A stretch of 44,255 nucleotides of DNA, taken from an uncultured Spirochaetia bacterium (GTDB lineage Bacteria > Spirochaetota > UBA6919 > CAYPZJ01). The DNA lies in contig CAYPZJ010000001.1 of assembly GCA_964414635.1 (NCBI GenBank), positions 1 through 44,255 on the forward strand, written 5' to 3'. Each line of letters starts with the position of its first letter. The stretch's first letter is position 1. The notes under the pieces are model-generated. The model was not told the origin of the DNA and searched no databases. It saw only the letters and a program-made list of their open reading frames with translations. The translations under genes and the position numbers were made by a program. Positions 9,094 through 18,893 of this stretch are shown in pieces.

Positions 9094-11283
9094 TTACGAT
9101 TCGGAAGGGCGGGCATCGTAATCCTTTGCGTATTCCATCATGGTATCGAACTCCACACGAATTTCTTCCACCAAATTCGTTAACCAATCAATAGTATACC
9201 GAGTTGCCAATTCAAGGGCATCTTCATAAAAATTTATGATATCCGTTTTTAACTCAGACACTTCGTTTCGTGCTGATAATTTGTCTTCTTTAAACTTTGC
9301 CTGAATACGATTAAGTTCCCGTACGGCTTTTACATTAAAGGCTTCTCGTTTTGATAGTGTAACCAGCATTTTATAAAAGAACTGGGGATCGGTTTCAAAT
9401 ACCGTTTTAATCTGTTCCTGATCCAGACAGATCACCTTTGTTTCATCGGCTGCGATCAAGGTGGCAGTACGATTTTGCCCCAACAGCATCGCTGTTTCCC
9501 CAATCACAGCCCCTGTTTCGGTTTCGGAATCAATCTTTTTATGTTCTACTAATACATCAATTATTCCACTAACAAGAATATAAACATACCGAGCAGGTTC
9601 GTGTTCTTTCACAATAACATCTCCCCGTTTAAACATACGGGTGTACGGATCCAACGCTTCGCCACGTACGGTGATTCGAGTAGCTGCCTTATCAAGAATA
9701 AAGAGATTCCCTTTTTTATACGTTCGCCTCTTCTCATATTTCTTTATCAGATCCAGTAACCACGGATAACGTTTTTCATCATAATATCGCTTCACCGTAT
9801 TCAGCGATTTAGCAAAGAGCACCCGTAATGTTTTTATCACTCGTTCATAACTTCCTTGAATGGATTCCAGTTCCGCATTTTTTTTACGGTAGATCTGTTG
9901 TACTTGTGTAATTACCTGGGCAATATTTTGTGCAATGGTCCACCCGATGTGATACTGTGAAGCCATATCTATAATTCGTTTTGGACCCACCGATCGAATT
10001 TTACAGGAATCCCCTTTCACGACACGCAGATGACGTTGGATGGGTTCATCTAATTGTTGGGATAAAAGCAATTCAGCAACCCCAAACATCATATTCGTTC
10101 CACTAAATTCAAAGGATTCCCCTCCTAATTCGTATGTGATACTCCCTTCTTCTAAGATATATCCTTGTTCTGCTGGATCCAACCAATCATAAACCATCTC
10201 AATAGGTGCCCGTTTTCCCATCTCCACCGCAGCTTCTTCTTCAACATTAATAGCCACCCGATCCAGCCAATCTAATTCGTATTTATTGGCGAGGGTAGAA
10301 GACTGTTTTCCAAATCCTTCTATTTCCACTTGTATTTGAGCAATACGTTCCATCAAGGAATCTTCATCCGTTCCGTAGATTTGTAATAAACGATTCACTT
10401 CACCCACGGTGCGGATATTAAACGCTTCACGCTGAGCCAACGTGGTCAACATACGTAAAAAGAAATCTTTCCCCTCCTCAAAAATGAGTTGAATCTGAGT
10501 ATGGGGAATTTTAATGAGTTCTGCATCGGATAGGGCTTTTAACGTTGCTGTACGATTTTGCTTTAATAACATTGCTGTTTCACCAATGATCGTACCGGGT
10601 TCTTCTACTTTATCCAGGATTTTTTCCCGTACTGACACTTCGAGCTGTCCTTTATTGAGAATGAATAATTCCGTTGCCGGTTCGCCCTCTTCCATAATGA
10701 TGCTATCTGCTGGATATACTTTCAGAAAACGTTGGATCAATTCTGTATCGATAGCAAAGGTACTGGCTTTGGGTTCCCAAAGAAAAGAATTCCCCTGCCG
10801 ATAAATTGCAGATTTCGTATGTTTGGCAAGAATATCAATCAACCAGGTATAATGATTGTGATCAACAAATCGTTGTAGCAAATTAACATTTTTGGCAAAA
10901 ACTATACTCAATCCCTTAATGAGTTTTTGGTTGGTAGAAAGTTGGTGATTCTTTTCGGTGAAGATCTGCTGGCAAGACGTAATTACATGCGCCATATTTT
11001 GAGCGATCGTCCATCCAATATTAAACGATTTGGCATACTTCAATACGTGTTCTTTCGGGACTTTCCGATATTCACAGGATTCGCCTTCCAATACCTGAAG
11101 TTGCCTAGTAAAAGGACGATCATATGCACGTTCCAATAGGAGCTCACTCACCCCGAACATCATATTGCTTCCACAGAACTCAAATTGCTCTTGTTCTATA
11201 GAATAAATAAGAGTTCCCTGTTTTAAAAGATATGCTTGTTCAGAAGGATCATTGACATCATAAATTAAATCAGCATATGCCAT
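9094..11283 (-). CDS. Tandem-duplicated cyclic-nucleotide-binding protein (2 degenerate + 2 canonical CNB domains, no output domain)
   Basis: Canonical phosphate-binding cassettes 'IGETAMLLKQNRTATLKA' and 'IGETAMLLGQNRTATLIA'. The two ~365-aa halves align throughout (e.g. 'FEFCGSNMMFGVSELLL'/'FEFSGTNMMFGVAELLL' and 'IGWTIAQNMAHVIT'/'IGWTIAQNIAQVIT'). The track start at 11313 is TTG; the ATG at 11283 has AGGA 8 nt upstream. Confidence 0.85.
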   Translation of the reverse strand: MAYADLIYDVNDPSEQAYLLKQGTLIYSIEQEQFEFCGSNMMFGVSELLLERAYDRPFTRQLQVLEGESCEYRKVPKEHVLKYAKSFNIGWTIAQNMAHVITSCQQIFTEKNHQLSTNQKLIKGLSIVFAKNVNLLQRFVDHNHYTWLIDILAKHTKSAIYRQGNSFLWEPKASTFAIDTELIQRFLKVYPADSIIMEEGEPATELFILNKGQLEVSVREKILDKVEEPGTIIGETAMLLKQNRTATLKALSDAELIKIPHTQIQLIFEEGKDFFLRMLTTLAQREAFNIRTVGEVNRLLQIYGTDEDSLMERIAQIQVEIEGFGKQSSTLANKYELDWLDRVAINVEEEAAVEMGKRAPIEMVYDWLDPAEQGYILEEGSITYELGGESFEFSGTNMMFGVAELLLSQQLDEPIQRHLRVVKGDSCKIRSVGPKRIIDMASQYHIGWTIAQNIAQVITQVQQIYRKKNAELESIQGSYERVIKTLRVLFAKSLNTVKRYYDEKRYPWLLDLIKKYEKRRTYKKGNLFILDKAATRITVRGEALDPYTRMFKRGDVIVKEHEPARYVYILVSGIIDVLVEHKKIDSETETGAVIGETAMLLGQNRTATLIAADETKVICLDQEQIKTVFETDPQFFYKMLVTLSKREAFNVKAVRELNRIQAKFKEDKLSARNEVSELKTDIINFYEDALELATRYTIDWLTNLVEEIRVEFDTMMEYAKDYDARPSES

Positions 11284-11463
11284 ACCATAGTTCCTACCAG
11301 CTGGATGGTACAAATAATGGGATCATGATCATCAGGTGGAAGCTAATGTGTGTACACTCCGCTATTCCAACTGGATAAATTCCAGCGAAGGTACATCCCA
11401 CTACAAACATAACAAATAAATTTCAGTCAGACAAAAGAAAGCAGAAAGGATACAGGAGTCATC

Positions 11464-11492
11464 TTGACGATCCCGTACAGACCTGTTATATT
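11464..11492 (+). promoter_or_regulatory. Sigma70-like promoter for tRNA-Leu (TTGACG - 17 nt - TATATT)
   Basis: The -35 box TTGACG (11464-11469) and the -10 box TATATT (11487-11492) are separated by exactly 17 nt. The -10 box ends 14 nt upstream of the mature tRNA 5' end. Confidence 0.5.
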
Positions 11493-11506
11493 GTATCCAC
11501 GAAGCT

Positions 11507-11590
11507 GCCCAGGTGGTGGAATTGGTAGACACGCTAGCTTGAGGGGCTAGTGCCCGTTCGGGTGTGCTGGTTCAAGTCCAGTCCTGGGCA
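11507..11590 (+). tRNA. tRNA-Leu (anticodon GAG), type II with long variable arm
   Basis: GCCCAGGTGGTGGAATTGGTAGACACGCTAGCTTGAGGGGCTAGTGCCCGTTCGGGTGTGCTGGTTCAAGTCCAGTCCTGGGCA has a 7-bp acceptor stem, the anticodon arm CTAGC/TTGAGGG/GCTAG, a long variable stem-loop and a GGTTCAAGTCC T-loop. Confidence 0.9.
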
Positions 11591-11605
11591 AAACTGTACC
11601 CCTGC

Positions 11606-14050
11606 TTACTCTTCTTGATCACGAGTCCATTTCCGTATCGTACGTAACAACTCATCGATCCCAAATGGCTTTGTAATATAATCATCGGAACCAACTTGTC
11701 TAGATCGTTCCTTATCTTCCTCACGAGCAAACGCCGTCACCGCAATAATTGGAATATGCCAGTATCGTTCATTGGATTTGATCTGGGCAATTGCTTCGAA
11801 TCCATCCATCATGGGCATTTGTAAATCCATTAATACAATGTCTATTTGATCATATCGGGCTTTTAATTGATCTACGGCTTCATGTCCATTATGTGCAACC
11901 AAGGTTTGAACTTTGCACTTTTTTAACAACGTGGTAACAACGGACAAACTGACGGGATCATCATCAACGACTAAAACCCGTACGCCATCAATTCCATATT
12001 TCGTGGTTGGATTCTCATCTGTAGCGTTATTGGCAAGTTCATTATCCTGGGGAGTATATGCTGCTGTGAAAAAAAAGATACTCCCTTTACCCGGTTCGCT
12101 TTCCACCCAGATTTCTCCTTGTAACCGTTCCACCAATCGTTCACACAACGCTAAACCCAATCCAGATCCTTCATAATCTCGAGTGGAACTATAATCAACC
12201 TGGTAAAATGGTTCAAAAATAGATTTGTGTTTGTCTTTGGGGATACCCACACCCGTGTCCTTTACTTTAAATAGCAGTTTATCCCCTTGGACTTGCATTT
12301 CCACCGTAATGGTTCCGAATTCCGGTGTAAATTTTTTCGCATTGGAAAGCAAGTTAATTAACACCTGCCGGATTTTTGATTTATCGGTTTTAATATACAT
12401 ATCTGGCACATCAATACGGTATTCCAAATGAGTGGGGTTATCCCCACGTACTATTTCTACAACAGAACGTGCCAATTCCGATGTAGAAAAAGAATCTTCT
12501 GTTTCTCGTTCTTGACCCGCTTCGATAGCAGCAATATCCAAAATATCATTAATCACCGAAAGCAGGTGCTTTCCTGATTTGATAATCACATCAAGCGAAT
12601 CCCGATATTCTGCGCTCATATGTTTATTAAGTAACATGATTTGGGTATGCCCTAATATCCCATTCAAGGGCGTACGAAGTTCGTGCGACATGACTGAAAG
12701 GAATTCAGATTTGGTACGATTGGCAGATTCAGCCATTTCTTTCGCTTCGTGCAGCTCTTTGTTGACTTGTTCTAATTCTTGAAAGGATCGTTTAAGTGCC
12801 GTGTTCTTTTGTTCCAATTGATGGTGAGATGCTTCTAGTTTTATATTTGCAAGACGGAGTTCTTCATTTTGCTCTTCTAAGCGTTCGTTTAATTGTTTTA
12901 TTTGGATTTCCCTGGTTTTGAGTTCGGAAATATCGGTGATAACAGCAAAACTGCCATTCATATTCCCTTGCTGATCTACAATGGCTGATGGGGCGATAAT
13001 TGTTTCCAAGGTCTGCCCATTTTTTTTTACCCACTTTAATTCGTAGGTATTTAACGCGCCACTGCGCCGCTTCTCATATTGCTTTTTAAATGTATTCCGA
13101 GAGGAGGGATGAACAAAATCAATCACTGGTTGGTGTATTAATTCCGAACGCTCATATCCAAGCATGGTACAAAGACTTGCATTAACATACTCAAACAATG
13201 CTTGGGTATTTTCGATTGCTAATCCATCCGTCATTGTTTCAACCAACAAGCGAAAACGTTCCTCACTTTCCCGTAATGCTTGTTCCATGTGTTTGCGATT
13301 CGTAATATTAATCACATACCCTAAGAAGTATTGAATCACATGCTGGTCATCCCGAATAACAGTCGTAAAATCATGAAGCCAAATGGGTTCGCCGGTTTTA
13401 GTAATCACCCGATAATCCGAGTGTTCAAAAAAATCCGCTTGCTTGGTTCGATACTTCTCCGTTTCTTTTACTATAGTGGTACGATCTTCCTCTGCAATTA
13501 TCTCAAGATAGCTGATCCCTTTCGATTTAAAATCATCAACCGTGTATCCCATCACATCAACTACATTGGGAGAAACATAATCTACAGTATATTCCGGATC
13601 ATTACGCCATTTAAAAATCACCACATTCCCTTTAGTGAAAATACTTCGTTCTTCTTTTATTAATCTCGTTGCAAGATCACGCTCCCGAGCAGTACTCCGT
13701 TGAATGGTTTGATCCTTATACACAAACAGATGGGCATCTTTCCCTTCATATGTAATATGTCGCAGCCGTACTTCTACCTGTAGCTCTTGATGATGGCGAT
13801 CCAGTAATATGAGATTAAGTGTTATAGGCGGAGTGGATGCATTTATGGATTGGAGCTGTTGTTTAAATGAAACACTATATTCGGGAGCAAGAATTGCAGT
13901 AATCGATTTATTGAGTAATTTATTGGAGTCATATTCAAGTTGGGAATAAAACGCTTCGTTTTGCCAGACAATATGGCTCTTCTGAATAATTGCTATCCCT
14001 TCAGAAACATCAGAAAGTAGGATGGAAGAAGCCACATCATCTTTCTTCAT
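11606..14050 (-). CDS. Hybrid sensor histidine kinase/response regulator with multiple PAS domains
   Basis: About 3 PAS-like segments and a coiled coil (LEEQNEELRLANIKLE) precede the H-box 'FLSVMSHELRTPLNGILG', the N/G boxes 'LINLLSNAKKFT', 'DTGVGIP' and 'GSGLGLALC', and a C-terminal receiver ('VLVVDDDP', 'VLMDLQMPMMDG', 'ITKP'). Confidence 0.92.
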   Translation of the reverse strand: MKKDDVASSILLSDVSEGIAIIQKSHIVWQNEAFYSQLEYDSNKLLNKSITAILAPEYSVSFKQQLQSINASTPPITLNLILLDRHHQELQVEVRLRHITYEGKDAHLFVYKDQTIQRSTARERDLATRLIKEERSIFTKGNVVIFKWRNDPEYTVDYVSPNVVDVMGYTVDDFKSKGISYLEIIAEEDRTTIVKETEKYRTKQADFFEHSDYRVITKTGEPIWLHDFTTVIRDDQHVIQYFLGYVINITNRKHMEQALRESEERFRLLVETMTDGLAIENTQALFEYVNASLCTMLGYERSELIHQPVIDFVHPSSRNTFKKQYEKRRSGALNTYELKWVKKNGQTLETIIAPSAIVDQQGNMNGSFAVITDISELKTREIQIKQLNERLEEQNEELRLANIKLEASHHQLEQKNTALKRSFQELEQVNKELHEAKEMAESANRTKSEFLSVMSHELRTPLNGILGHTQIMLLNKHMSAEYRDSLDVIIKSGKHLLSVINDILDIAAIEAGQERETEDSFSTSELARSVVEIVRGDNPTHLEYRIDVPDMYIKTDKSKIRQVLINLLSNAKKFTPEFGTITVEMQVQGDKLLFKVKDTGVGIPKDKHKSIFEPFYQVDYSSTRDYEGSGLGLALCERLVERLQGEIWVESEPGKGSIFFFTAAYTPQDNELANNATDENPTTKYGIDGVRVLVVDDDPVSLSVVTTLLKKCKVQTLVAHNGHEAVDQLKARYDQIDIVLMDLQMPMMDGFEAIAQIKSNERYWHIPIIAVTAFAREEDKERSRQVGSDDYITKPFGIDELLRTIRKWTRDQEE

Positions 14051-14655
14051 ACGAGCGTATCCTAATTAAACCCAGATCATCATTATTATTTATCGCATTC
14101 AACCCCTCGCATTTGTTTGAGATATCTGTTGTATTCACCGACACGGAATATTGAAATATTGCCTAAGTCAGTAAGCGATTCCCATTGATAACCGTATACT
14201 CAAACAAACCCATTCTATTCAGAGATCGTATCAAAAAACAGATTGGGTGAACGTAAAGAACCAATTCGTAAACCTGGTGTCATGAGATACGAGTCTCTCT
14301 AACCTGAAAAATAGAAACGTATCTCGTAGTTCCCCAATAAAGACTCAAACCAACGCATGGGACCTTTTTCTATCTATAGTATTATGAAACGGACCTATAT
14401 ACCAGGGTGCGGTTTCATAAATGGAGCTTCATTTTGTCATCTATCAACCATCAAAACGCCTATACAACTACTAATATAATAAAAAAGCAAAAAATTATAC
14501 ACATTTTCTTTGTTCGATCCCACAATTGGCTCTCAATTTGTAGATACTATAGTTGTATGCATTTTCTAATAGAAGGTGAGGTATCCAAATAGCTATTTTA
14601 TATGAGGGGTTCCACTGTATACAAGTGAGTAAAATGCCCTTTACATCTTTTGATC

Positions 14656-15339
14656 TCAATCTGGTATTCGTTCTCCAAAAAGTGCCGTTCCAATCCTTAC
14701 ATGGGTCGCTCCTTCCTCAATTGCAATTCGATAGTCACTACTCATACCCATGGATAAGTATTCTAATGATAGACTGGGGAATTTCCCTTTGATGGAATCG
14801 CGTAGTTGAGCCAGCTTTTTAAATGCCTGGCGTATTTGTTGTTCGTCGTCAACCAAGGGTCCAATGGTCATTAAACCAGTAATTCTTATATGATCCATTT
14901 TAATAAGAGATTGAATCAATGATGCCAGGTCAGTAGGATCTACTCCAAATTTCTGTTCTTCTCCAGATGTATTTACTTGGAGAAAAACGTCCATGATTTT
15001 ATCTAGCCCCCGACAACGCTTATCAAGTTCTTCGGCAAGTCGAAGACTATCTACCGATTCAATCACATCAAAAAGCTTTGCGGCATATTTAGCTTTATTG
15101 GTCTGAAGATGACCAACCAAATGCCATGTAATGTCTAGATCATCCAGTTCAGGAATCTTTTCCCGTGCTTCTTGAATCCGACTTTCCCCGAAGATGCGCT
15201 GTCCAGCTGCATGCGCGGCACGAATTTTTTCTAGTGGATGGGTTTTACTTACCGCAACTAAGGTAACAGGATGCATAATAGAATGTTTACGCCTAATTTC
15301 CTCAATATCTGCCAAGATGGTTTCAATTCGTTCTTTCAT
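14656..15339 (-). CDS. yggS: YggS-family pyridoxal-phosphate homeostasis protein
   Basis: 'LVAVSKTHP', 'FGESRIQEA', 'WHLVGHLQTNKAKY', 'LSMGMSSDY' and 'GATHVRIGTALFG' match the YggS/PROSC family at the typical length of ~227 aa. Confidence 0.92.
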   Translation of the reverse strand: MKERIETILADIEEIRRKHSIMHPVTLVAVSKTHPLEKIRAAHAAGQRIFGESRIQEAREKIPELDDLDITWHLVGHLQTNKAKYAAKLFDVIESVDSLRLAEELDKRCRGLDKIMDVFLQVNTSGEEQKFGVDPTDLASLIQSLIKMDHIRITGLMTIGPLVDDEQQIRQAFKKLAQLRDSIKGKFPSLSLEYLSMGMSSDYRIAIEEGATHVRIGTALFGERIPD

Positions 15340-15594
15340 TTTGATTCGATTCCTTTTTTTTCAAAGATCGGCATATTAATGTGGTTTACCATGCTGGGGA
15401 TTATCCTAAAGCAAAATGCCTTCCAACCACCCGCGGATTAAATAGATAGCCTAATTCGTATTTTGTTATTGGCTTTGTATGAAATCCATGTTAGTAAGAG
15501 AAATTCATTCTATAAATAGGTTTTTTACCTTGACTTGGAGTAAGAAACGGTTCCTTAAAAATGATTGGTGTTTTATAACCGTATGGAATTCGTA

Positions 15595-16617
15595 TTATGG
15601 AAGTGCACACGGATCAGGGGTAATGGCATCACCAAAGAAACAAAACTTCACTCCTCCATCCAGATGATCACAAGCTGGGATTGCACAATCCGCATCGGTT
15701 TGACAGTGAATAACTTCATTGCTTTCATTGACACAAGGACCATTACTTGATGAATTCCAACAACACCCTGTCGCTGTGCCCGGATCAGCCTTTTGGCGAT
15801 AGAATACAGAGAATTCCAGTAGCAGTGCTTCTTCTTCCCGATAGGCAAATTGTGGGTCATCATCCATAATAAAACCCGCACTATTAGGTACTTGAAAAAT
15901 CCCAGAATAATCCGAATAGATTGGATTCGACCCCCCATATATTTCTTCCTTATACGAAGTTACATTTCCATCGGAGAAAAATTGATATTCAATCAGAATC
16001 ATGTCTATTTCCTGCCAGATGGAAGCATCCCCGATTTGGGTTTGTTGCTGGCGTTCATAGCGGGATTGCCATGTTCCTGTAAGTAAGGGCGTCGGCTCCC
16101 CTCCATCGATTCGATTAAAAGACCGAAACGCCAGCTTTTCATCATCCACATAAAAACTTACAATATAGCTTTCCAAGTCATGGGAAGGAAGTTCCGGATC
16201 ATTCGTAGTAAAGGATTCCTCCATGAGAAAAATCGAATCAATCGGTATAGTATCTTTCCCAACCGTACGCTGAATCGTTCCTTCGGTTTCATTCCACCAT
16301 TGGAACGTTCCAGTTGTGGTATCTGTTTTATAATAATTCCACTGTTTTGCATCCATCGGATCCGGTCTGTATTCTTTTAGCTCTCGGGTATATGTTCCAC
16401 TTGGATTGTAGGTTTCATCGGTTGTGAAACTATATGTTTCCTCATAAATCCGTGCCCCTTCCACCCGTTCATTTAGAAATGTTCCATTAATAATGCTATC
16501 GGGAATGTATTGCCCTTGGTTGATGGGTTCACCACATGAAAACCCTCCAAGTAGTATTACAGAAAAAACAATCCCGAAAGCCCAAAAACGTGTATAGACC
16601 GTACAAGATTTAATCAT
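15595..16617 (-). CDS. Lipoprotein of unknown function with Cys-rich C-terminal tail (paralog of 16703-17578)
   Basis: Lipobox 'LLGGFSC'. It aligns with the neighbouring gene at CGE.IN.G, ING, PSGTYT, TGT.QW, YVD.EK and G.WQS. The last ~58 aa contain 8 Cys. The start is uncertain: the track uses GTG at 16686, and the ATG at 16617 gives a classical lipoprotein signal peptide. Confidence 0.65.
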   Translation of the reverse strand: MIKSCTVYTRFWAFGIVFSVILLGGFSCGEPINQGQYIPDSIINGTFLNERVEGARIYEETYSFTTDETYNPSGTYTRELKEYRPDPMDAKQWNYYKTDTTTGTFQWWNETEGTIQRTVGKDTIPIDSIFLMEESFTTNDPELPSHDLESYIVSFYVDDEKLAFRSFNRIDGGEPTPLLTGTWQSRYERQQQTQIGDASIWQEIDMILIEYQFFSDGNVTSYKEEIYGGSNPIYSDYSGIFQVPNSAGFIMDDDPQFAYREEEALLLEFSVFYRQKADPGTATGCCWNSSSNGPCVNESNEVIHCQTDADCAIPACDHLDGGVKFCFFGDAITPDPCALP

Positions 16618-16702
16618 TGCATGAACCGATAGCCAAACCTGTTGAATTGGGATTAATAATTGAGTATGCATAAATGCGGTCCTCACTTAACAAGAAAATC
16701 AG

Positions 16703-17578
16703 TTAGTTTAAGGTTTCTTTTGTATAGATTGGATAGTCCATTAGAAGCGCTTCATCTGTTAGATAAGCTGGTTTTTTTACACCATCCAATTCAAAACCTG
16801 CCGTTCCATAATAGTAATAAAACGGTTTTTCAGCACCACTTACGACGGGTTTTTTTGAAGCGATAGGGACACGACCCGGATAATTTTCCGACCGCTCCCA
16901 TGTAAACCGCCCGTTATCATACAAAACATATTTATCATAAACACTAACAACAGGAGCCCATTCGAGCAAATCATGGGGTTGATACAGCTGAAAGTACGAT
17001 TGCCAAATGCCTTCAAAATCTAAATCTACTTCATCATCGGTATTATAAATGGGCGTTTCTTCTAAATCATTTCGTAAAACAAAGGGACGAAGGGATACCT
17101 TCTCGTGGTCAACATAAATACTTAAGATATGCCGATATAAAATGGATGTATCAAATGATGTGGCATTGGCTCCACTTGCTTCTCGGCTTGTTTCGATAAA
17201 CATGATATGATTAAGGGGAATGAAATCCGATGCATTTTCACCAAACGTATATGTATACCCCTCGTGTTGTGCCCATTGATAGGTTCCTGTAATGGTCATC
17301 ACCGTTTCATTAATTTCCGAAGGAGTATCGGGATCTAAATTTTGAATTATCTTCTTATTCGTATAGGTACCACTGGGTAAAATTCCATCCGATGTAAACT
17401 GATACCGTTCTATAATTTGCTCGTATCCGGTGTAAGAAATATTTATATATACACCATTAAGGATGTTGGTTACAGGCGGGGTGCCTCGATTAATTCCCTC
17501 TCCGCAGGATAGTAAAACGAATCCTACCATGAGAATAAGCATACATATAATTGCAATGTGAGGCTTGTGTCGGCTCAT
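16703..17578 (-). CDS. Lipoprotein of unknown function (paralog of 15595-16617, no Cys-rich tail)
   Basis: The ATG at 17578 is preceded by GGAGG at 6 nt (the track start at 17644 is TTG). The signal peptide and lipobox are 'MSRHKPHIAIICMLILMVGFVLLSC'. Confidence 0.7.
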   Translation of the reverse strand: MSRHKPHIAIICMLILMVGFVLLSCGEGINRGTPPVTNILNGVYINISYTGYEQIIERYQFTSDGILPSGTYTNKKIIQNLDPDTPSEINETVMTITGTYQWAQHEGYTYTFGENASDFIPLNHIMFIETSREASGANATSFDTSILYRHILSIYVDHEKVSLRPFVLRNDLEETPIYNTDDEVDLDFEGIWQSYFQLYQPHDLLEWAPVVSVYDKYVLYDNGRFTWERSENYPGRVPIASKKPVVSGAEKPFYYYYGTAGFELDGVKKPAYLTDEALLMDYPIYTKETLN

Positions 17579-17914
17579 ACATACCTCCAACGGGCTGGGT
17601 ATCCTACCTTTGTAAAGTATAACAAATCTCACAACAATTCGCAACTAGAATCTATTCTTTATGCGGTTATTATATCCAGATGAATCAGAAAACACGATGG
17701 AGAATCATATAGTTTCCCTTGTTCGCATCATATATACCTTTCCGATATCTCCACACTGTTTGTGAAAAAGGCGGAGCGTCGTGTATGTTTACTGCGATGT
17801 ATTATGATTTGTTAATCGTTTGAAGTACAGCTAACGACCCGAGGTGAATAAAAACAAGGAAAACAATCGAAAAAAATCGATCACGGTGTTAAACTAAAGA
17901 AAGAGAGGTTGTTT

Positions 17915-18778
17915 ATGAAACGACTAGGATTTACGATTGCTTGGATAGGGTTGCTCACATTATTCGTTTTCGGAGGTGTGGTTTCTCTTCACGCCCAAGG
18001 ATCCGCTTCGGATGGATTTAATCTTGTATCCACAGGAACAACGCCCCGACAACAATTGACACTACAATGGACGGATCAGGAGATACGGTATGAAGTCCAT
18101 GTGGAAATGACTATGGCTTTGGGTCCCCTTGGGGAAACGAAAACCATTATGGAGATGGATGTGGGGTTTCAAAAAATTCAACAAGTACGAAACGGTGATA
18201 CGCAATTACGCGTTACCTTTTATAACCCCTCGGGAATACTCACCTTATTTGGTGTGGAAAACCCGATACCAGCCCTTCAACGTCTTCATCAAGCGTATTT
18301 TACAATGACAGCCAGTCCCCAGGGTAATTTTCGGGACATTCAACTTTCACCAGGACTCCAAGAAATTCTGCAGGATCAGAATATTTCCGTTACCGATCAA
18401 TTCCTACGATTCTTTTTAGCACTCCCGGATGAACCAATTGGGAGAGGAGCGATCTGGAAAAACGAGTTTGAACTCCCTATTAATTTACATTATGGCGCAT
18501 TGCTAACAAAAACAATCCAAACCGTCCGCTATAATGGCGTAACCAGAGGATCGCTTGCTGAATTTATGGTTTCGGGAACGATCCAAGCCCGGTCTGATAC
18601 CACTTCAGAAAATACAGGAAATCGTGTTCGAGGAAGCGGCGAAATAGCAGGAACCGTACGATATGATACCCAGGCAAAACGCATTGTGACAAGTGAAATT
18701 CGTCAACGGTTGAACGTAACTGTAGATACCAACCAACAAGTGGAACTTTTTCGGCTTATCCAGGTTCGATTACACTAA
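17915..18778 (+). CDS. Secreted hypothetical protein
   Basis: AGAGAGG SD lies 7 nt upstream of the ATG at 17915. The signal peptide is MKRLGFTIAWIGLLTLFVFGGVVSLHA/QG. I recognise no motif; the sequence has a beta-rich character. Confidence 0.6.
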   Translation: MKRLGFTIAWIGLLTLFVFGGVVSLHAQGSASDGFNLVSTGTTPRQQLTLQWTDQEIRYEVHVEMTMALGPLGETKTIMEMDVGFQKIQQVRNGDTQLRVTFYNPSGILTLFGVENPIPALQRLHQAYFTMTASPQGNFRDIQLSPGLQEILQDQNISVTDQFLRFFLALPDEPIGRGAIWKNEFELPINLHYGALLTKTIQTVRYNGVTRGSLAEFMVSGTIQARSDTTSENTGNRVRGSGEIAGTVRYDTQAKRIVTSEIRQRLNVTVDTNQQVELFRLIQVRLH

Positions 18779-18893
18779 CCCCGTTTTACTATGATGAGTA
18801 CTATTGGTGAGCGTTTCAACACTCGAGTGAATAGAAATGGTACAAAACCATATATTTCCATAAATACTATTAAATTAGGTTGATGTATAGATA

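Noticed and set aside
13331-13663. 110-aa plus-strand ORF antisense to the histidine-kinase PAS region
   Set aside because: It is antisense to a well-supported multi-domain gene and has no signal of its own.
14407-14592. 61-aa ORF in the yggS-kinase spacer
   Set aside because: It has no SD, its composition is AT-driven (Ile/Lys/Asn/Phe-rich), and nothing is recognisable in it.
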